DNA of 64,000 nt, from the NCBI GenBank assembly GCA_963702095.1, contig OY969706.1, forward strand, positions 992,001 through 1,056,000, given 5' to 3'. Positions 59,071 to 64,000 of this stretch are shown here, piece by piece (position 1 is the stretch's first letter; each line of letters starts with the position of its first letter). The stretch comes from Candidatus Bathyarchaeota archaeon (lineage in GTDB: Archaea > Thermoproteota > Bathyarchaeia > Bathyarchaeales > Bathycorpusculaceae). A model generated the notes under the pieces. That model was not told the origin of the DNA and ran no database searches. It was given only the letters and a program-made list of their open reading frames with translations. The position numbers and the translations under genes are program-made.

Positions 59071-62000
59071 ATGTTTGAAACTTTTTACGATAGAATTCGA
59101 AAAGAAAACATCGGCAAATACGGAACTGAAGTGAGTATATACGGACCGGTTCTACTTGCGAATTTATACAGTGATCGGACCCATTTCTTATACGAAATAT
59201 TGCAGAATGCCGAAGACGCTTGTGAACGCGCAAGAAAAAAAGGATCAATGAAAAAGTTCTTCATAAAATTCTCTTTGCTTCCGGATAGGCTGGAAGTAAG
59301 ACATAATGGAATTCCGTTCGACGAAAACGACGTAAGAGGAATATGTGGAATAGTTGGATCAATAAAAGACAAGAATGTATCCCAGATAGGCAAGTTTGGT
59401 ATTGGTTTTAAGTCGGTCTATGCTTTTACCAATTGCCCAGAAATTCATAGCGGAGACAAGTTCTTCAGCATTAGAGACTATGTTTATCCTTACCCGGTCA
59501 AGGCGTCAGAAGACCTCAATCCTCAGGAAACATTGATAGTAATACGTTTTGATGAGGCGAGTGAAAAGCAAAAGCAAGCACATCTTGAAATTGAGAACAG
59601 ACTAAAAAGGCTTGGTATTAGATCCTTCCTGTTTCTTAAGAATCTGGAACAAATATCATACAATGTAGATTCTACAAATGGAAGTTACGTAAAAAGCTAC
59701 GAAACGAAGATGGGTATCAAAACCGTTGCCCTTAAGTACGTTGAAAACAACGAAGAGAAAACAAAAGAGAATTGGATTATCTTTGATAGGCCTCTGAGTA
59801 AGGACTCAACAAGAAGGCTTGAAATTGGCTATCAGCTAATCTTTGACCCTTCCATAAAGAAATGGAAAATCGGACCTGCAAATGACGTGAAACTATTTGC
59901 TTATTTTCCCACGGAAAAAGAAACTCACTTGAAATTCCTAATTCAGGGTCCGTTCAATACTACTCCTGCTAGAGACAATATACGTGATGACGACTGGAAC
60001 CGAGATTTGATTGCAGATTCTGCAGAGTTTGTCGCGAATAGCATAATGGAGGTTAAGGAGTTGGGCTTGCTAAATGCAGAGTTTCTTAATACCCTCCCAA
60101 TAGAAACAGATTTCTTCACACGTCAAGTGACCCCCTTCAGACCCGTGTACGAAAGCGTAAAAGAAATGCTGTCTTCTGAGGCCCTATTGCCGTCAATTGA
60201 TGGGTCATTTGCCAAAGTCGACCAAGCTTTCATTGCAAGAGGAAAAGAACTACGTTCATTGCTGTCTGGAGAACAACTCGATTTACTCTTCGACAGAAGA
60301 AACAGCAGATGGCTTGATGAAAATATAACTGAAGTAAGGACGCCAGGTTTGTTTAACTATTTGGTTGAAACACTTAAAGTCAACGAATTATATCCGGAAG
60401 CCTTTGCCCGAGTTTTCAGCGAAGCGTTCATAAAAATACAGAGCGATCAATGGGTCATATCGTTCTATACATTTCTATTGAGCCAAAAAGCCCTCTGGAC
60501 TAAACCTTTCTATTCTTACGATAGACCTGGAATCCTGAGAACAAAGCCGATAATTCGCTTAGAAAATAACTCACATGTAACACCTTTCGACGATAGCGGA
60601 TGTCAGAATGCATATCTTCCCCATAAAGATCCAACCGTTAGAACAATGTTTACTAATATTGTGAAAGAAATAATAACGAATGACAACAAAGCTAAAGAAT
60701 TTCTTCAAAACATAGGCATCACCGAGCCAAACAAAATAGACGGAATCTTGGCATTGATTCTGCCAAAATACAATGATAAAGCGATTACTATTTCAGAAAA
60801 ACAGAACATTCAACATGTTTCTTGGATTTTGAAGACCTTAGAAGAAAACGATTGCTCAAAAAAAGATGATCTGTTGGAAAAATTAGCTGATACACCATTT
60901 CTATTGGCTCAAAACGTAGTAGACAGTAGAGAAGAGTACCGAAAACCGTTTGAGATCCATATAGGCGAGGCTACACAGGAAACAGGAATTTGGAAATATT
61001 CTTTCAAGGGAATCAGGAAACGTGGTTTCTCAGTCAGAGATATTTATCACTAGAAAATGACGGAAAATTGATTGACAGATTCAAAAAGCTAGGCTGCAAA
61101 TCAGACATAGTCGCAAAATATAAAAAGCCGAACTATTTGGGCTATGTCATAATCTCTGATTATTTCGGTTATCACAAACGCGGATTCGACGGATTTGACC
61201 CAGATTGTAAAATAGAAGGACTAGAATTCGCGTTACAGAACATTAACCTCGAACGAGCAAGATTATTGTGGCAAGTAACAAAAGAATCTTGCAGATGTAT
61301 ATACGGCGAGGTTGAATCTTGTAGCAGACAAAATTACGAAGGATCAACAAGAGAAAAACAATACTCTGAAATTGGCAAATTGTTAGTGGAATATGCTTGG
61401 CTTCCGGATTCCAAGAACGCTGCTTTTCATAAACCCTCGGAAATTACTATTAGTGACCTTCCTGAGGATTTCGATAAAGAAAGCACCCAAGCAAAATACA
61501 TCTCAGAAAAGCTTGGGATGAAACCTGTTATAGATGAAGAGATAAGATTGATGCTCGAACAAACTCCAGAAGAAGCCAGGGAAATTGTTGAGATCTTCGT
61601 TTCTGCAGCACCTGAAATTAAGCAGCGCATCCTAGAAACCATCCGCACAATTAGACGTTCCGAGGTAAAATTGGACGATCTAAACAACTCTGATGGAACA
61701 GCCTCTACATTTATTGTATCGCCTTCGGTAAATGAACTGGAAACCGAGTTCCAACAAGCTTTGACGCTAGAAAGGCAACCGACGGTCGACTCTGAGGACA
61801 GGACTTGGAGACGCCCAACTCCTGAACAAGAAGAGAAAATGAAGCAATTTGAAGAAGAGACAATTGGCGAATTATCAAAAAGAACTCAAACTATATACAT
61901 AGAAAGAAACGAGGTAAGTCAGATTAGAACTGAGGGAGAAAAGGAACAGGAGCTTAAGCAATTCTTACTTGAGCAATACAAAGGCTATTGCCAGGTCTGC

Positions 62001-62351
62001 AATACAAGGTTGGATCTCGGAGGCGGCAAAGATCCATATTTTGAAATTTACCGCATCATTGAAAAGCGTCGAAAGGTTGGAGCGTGGAGCGACTTGGAGT
62101 TCAATGTTCTTTGCTTATGCCCCAACTGTCATGCTCTCATGAAATATGGCGGAAGAGATCTGGCAATTCTTTTCGACAAAGCTAATCTTGCAGCAAAGGG
62201 TGAGGTTGCACCTGAAGAGGTAAAAGAAAAAGGTGGAGATTTCTACATAGTCCCAATAACAGTAGCCGGAGAAGAAAAGGAAATCTTTCTTGCTCCCTTA
62301 CACATGGCAAAAATTTCGGCCTTTGTGAAAATGCTTTCCAGTCAAAAGTAA
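59071..62351 (+). CDS. sacsin-like GHKL ATPase with C-terminal HNH-like domain; frameshift at ~60970
   Basis: EILQNAEDA, HNGIPF, IGKFGIGFKSVY; C-terminal CQVC...NVLCLCPNCH. Confidence 0.82.
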
Positions 62352-62603
62352 CATTCGCTCGCTTCAAATCTTTCCGGATCATCACATATGTCAGTTTACA
62401 CCCTTGCATTTATTTTGAGTTTGCTATGTTATGGTCCCAGAATAATTTGCAATTTAATCGATATAGTTGACGAGAGGAACTAACTTCTGAGATTGAATCT
62501 ATAATTTATCCTCTTAAACGTTATTAATTTAGGCTTTGTCCTTCATTTGGTAAAAGACCGTTTATGGAACTTGTGAAACTAAAACATTTGTTTCATAGCA
62601 AAA

Positions 62604-63077
62604 ATGAAATACAAGATAGCATTCACTCATCAATCGATTAATATGATCGATGAGAAGAAAATATGTATTTTTTCGTTATCGGAAAAAGACCCTGCGTTTA
62701 GTCATGGAGGCATGGAAAATGCCAAGAATTGGCTCTTAAATAAAGGAGAAAAGCCATATTATTTCAGAGAAACAAAACCTAAGGAATTAACTCCTGGCTC
62801 GATTGTTTTATTTTCGTTTGATGCACGAATCTTCGGTCAAGCCATTGTTAAGAAGGCTCCAAGGGAGGTCAGTCAAAAGGAGCAAGAAAATTGGCGGGAG
62901 ACTGGTGGTATAGTCTATAAGTACTACATGGTTCTGGAAGGCCCAAGCATAGAAGTATTTAGATTTCATCCTTCCAAAAGGGACATTGAAGAAAAATTGG
63001 ATTTACGTTTTGCACAGCTTTTTACATACATAAGTGAAAATAATTACCGGGAAATTCTAATGATGACGAGAAGATAA
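62604..63077 (+). CDS. EVE/PUA-like domain protein
   Basis: KELTPGSIVLF...IFGQAIV pattern; ends TYISENNYREIL. Confidence 0.5.
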   Translation: MKYKIAFTHQSINMIDEKKICIFSLSEKDPAFSHGGMENAKNWLLNKGEKPYYFRETKPKELTPGSIVLFSFDARIFGQAIVKKAPREVSQKEQENWRETGGIVYKYYMVLEGPSIEVFRFHPSKRDIEEKLDLRFAQLFTYISENNYREILMMTRR

Positions 63078-63268
63078 CAAATGACAGCCGGTGCAAATGG
63101 AGCCGAATCTAAGGAGACTATGGTTTGGTATTTAAAAAGTCTCGGGGAATAGAGGAGACTCGTAAGGAACTAAATGTTAAGGCTAAGAGATGTGATTACA
63201 AAACTATAACTTCCAAAAAAATCAAATTTTGATACAAAATAACAATTAGGGATTTTTTCTTGTGGGAA

Positions 63269-64000
63269 CTAGCTAACTTTGATTTTACCCGCTATCGATT
63301 TAAGTCGGCTAATCGCTAAATCGTCAACTTTTGACTTTTGTTTTATGTATTTTTCTATACTTCCTTCTCCAAGTATTTTCTGGATTGCGTTAGTTTCTTT
63401 TAGCTGTTCAATCTGGTTTATGTTTTTCAAGTCATTTGGTGAGTACGTATTAGGAGGTAATATTTTGTAAGAATAATGATTCTTGGAGAACTCTTTTAAT
63501 CTGGGTTTACCGCCCATGGGCATTCCTCGCATTTTAAAAGTCCCACCAAGTATGTCGATGTAGGCAAAAATGCTTAGAAAATCGTCTGCCCTGGTTTCTT
63601 CTTTTTCGAACTGTGGGTATCCTAAATTGCATGCGTGAATAAAGCTCTCGCTTAAGGAAACCTTGCTATTGATAGCTGACAGAATTGACCTAAAGTCAGC
63701 TTCATGTGTAAGAAGGTCACTTGTATTACCATCAACTGAAAAAGCGTTGATTCCATAATCATGATAGAAATTAACGATTGACCTAGAGTACTTGGGCGCC
63801 AAGAGAGGCACGGTTCCAATAAGAACCTTTGAATTACCCACAGCTTTTATTTCGTCAATTATTGTCCTCATCATCACCAAATACTGCTGAACTCGCTTCT
63901 CAGTGATTTTGGTGCCTTCTTTAAACAAGGCAGTTCGAACGACTGGCAAAAAGATAGTTGCTTGACTGCAGGCATACAAATGGTGGGCAAGTGTGCTTAT
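63269..64000 (-). CDS. hypothetical protein, probably truncated at the window edge
   Basis: Open frame near the window end with alternating alpha/beta pattern. Confidence 0.55.
   Translation of the reverse strand: MSTLAHHLYACSQATIFLPVVRTALFKEGTKITEKRVQQYLVMMRTIIDEIKAVGNSKVLIGTVPLLAPKYSRSIVNFYHDYGINAFSVDGNTSDLLTHEADFRSILSAINSKVSLSESFIHACNLGYPQFEKEETRADDFLSIFAYIDILGGTFKMRGMPMGGKPRLKEFSKNHYSYKILPPNTYSPNDLKNINQIEQLKETNAIQKILGEGSIEKYIKQKSKVDDLAISRLKSIAGKIKVS

Larger units (their letters stand above)
34595..64000. mobile_element. integrated element / defence island; right end is outside the window
   Basis: att candidate, tyrosine integrase, RHH/HTH genes and defence cargo; distal genes visibly more AT-rich. 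Confidence 0.7.

Noticed and set aside
1-64000. CRISPR array, rRNA, intact tRNA, IS transposase
   Set aside because: No regularly spaced repeats or recognisable signatures seen by eye

Overview
Archaeal genomic window. Gene style (archaeal pyrD/pyrK, valS, nadX, MptN-like ligase, TRAM protein, wHTH-membrane fusions) suggests Bathyarchaeia; this is an inference. Left ~34.5 kb: housekeeping and stress genes, including P1B and P3A ATPases, an HgcC-like AbrB protein plus arsM, ArsR, a TPP-riboswitch-led thiamine operon, a gpgS/gpgP/ggs-like osmolyte cluster, valS, a degraded hicBA pair, a possible RNase P-like ncRNA, an SNF2/YqhG-like/Mrr operon and a thioredoxin cluster. From ~34.6 kb to the end: an integrated element with a tRNA-3'-like att candidate, a tyrosine integrase and small regulators. 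It carries a large defence island: SNF2 + N6-MTase + YprA/DUF1998 helicase-nuclease (DISARM/ARMADA-like), then a RecD-like helicase-nuclease, a second SNF2, a sacsin-like GHKL-HNH protein and an EVE/PUA-like protein. Several frameshifts fall in homopolymers, including two in essential valS, so many are probably sequencing errors. All family calls come from motif recognition by eye; no searches were run. No CRISPR array, rRNA or intact tRNA was seen.
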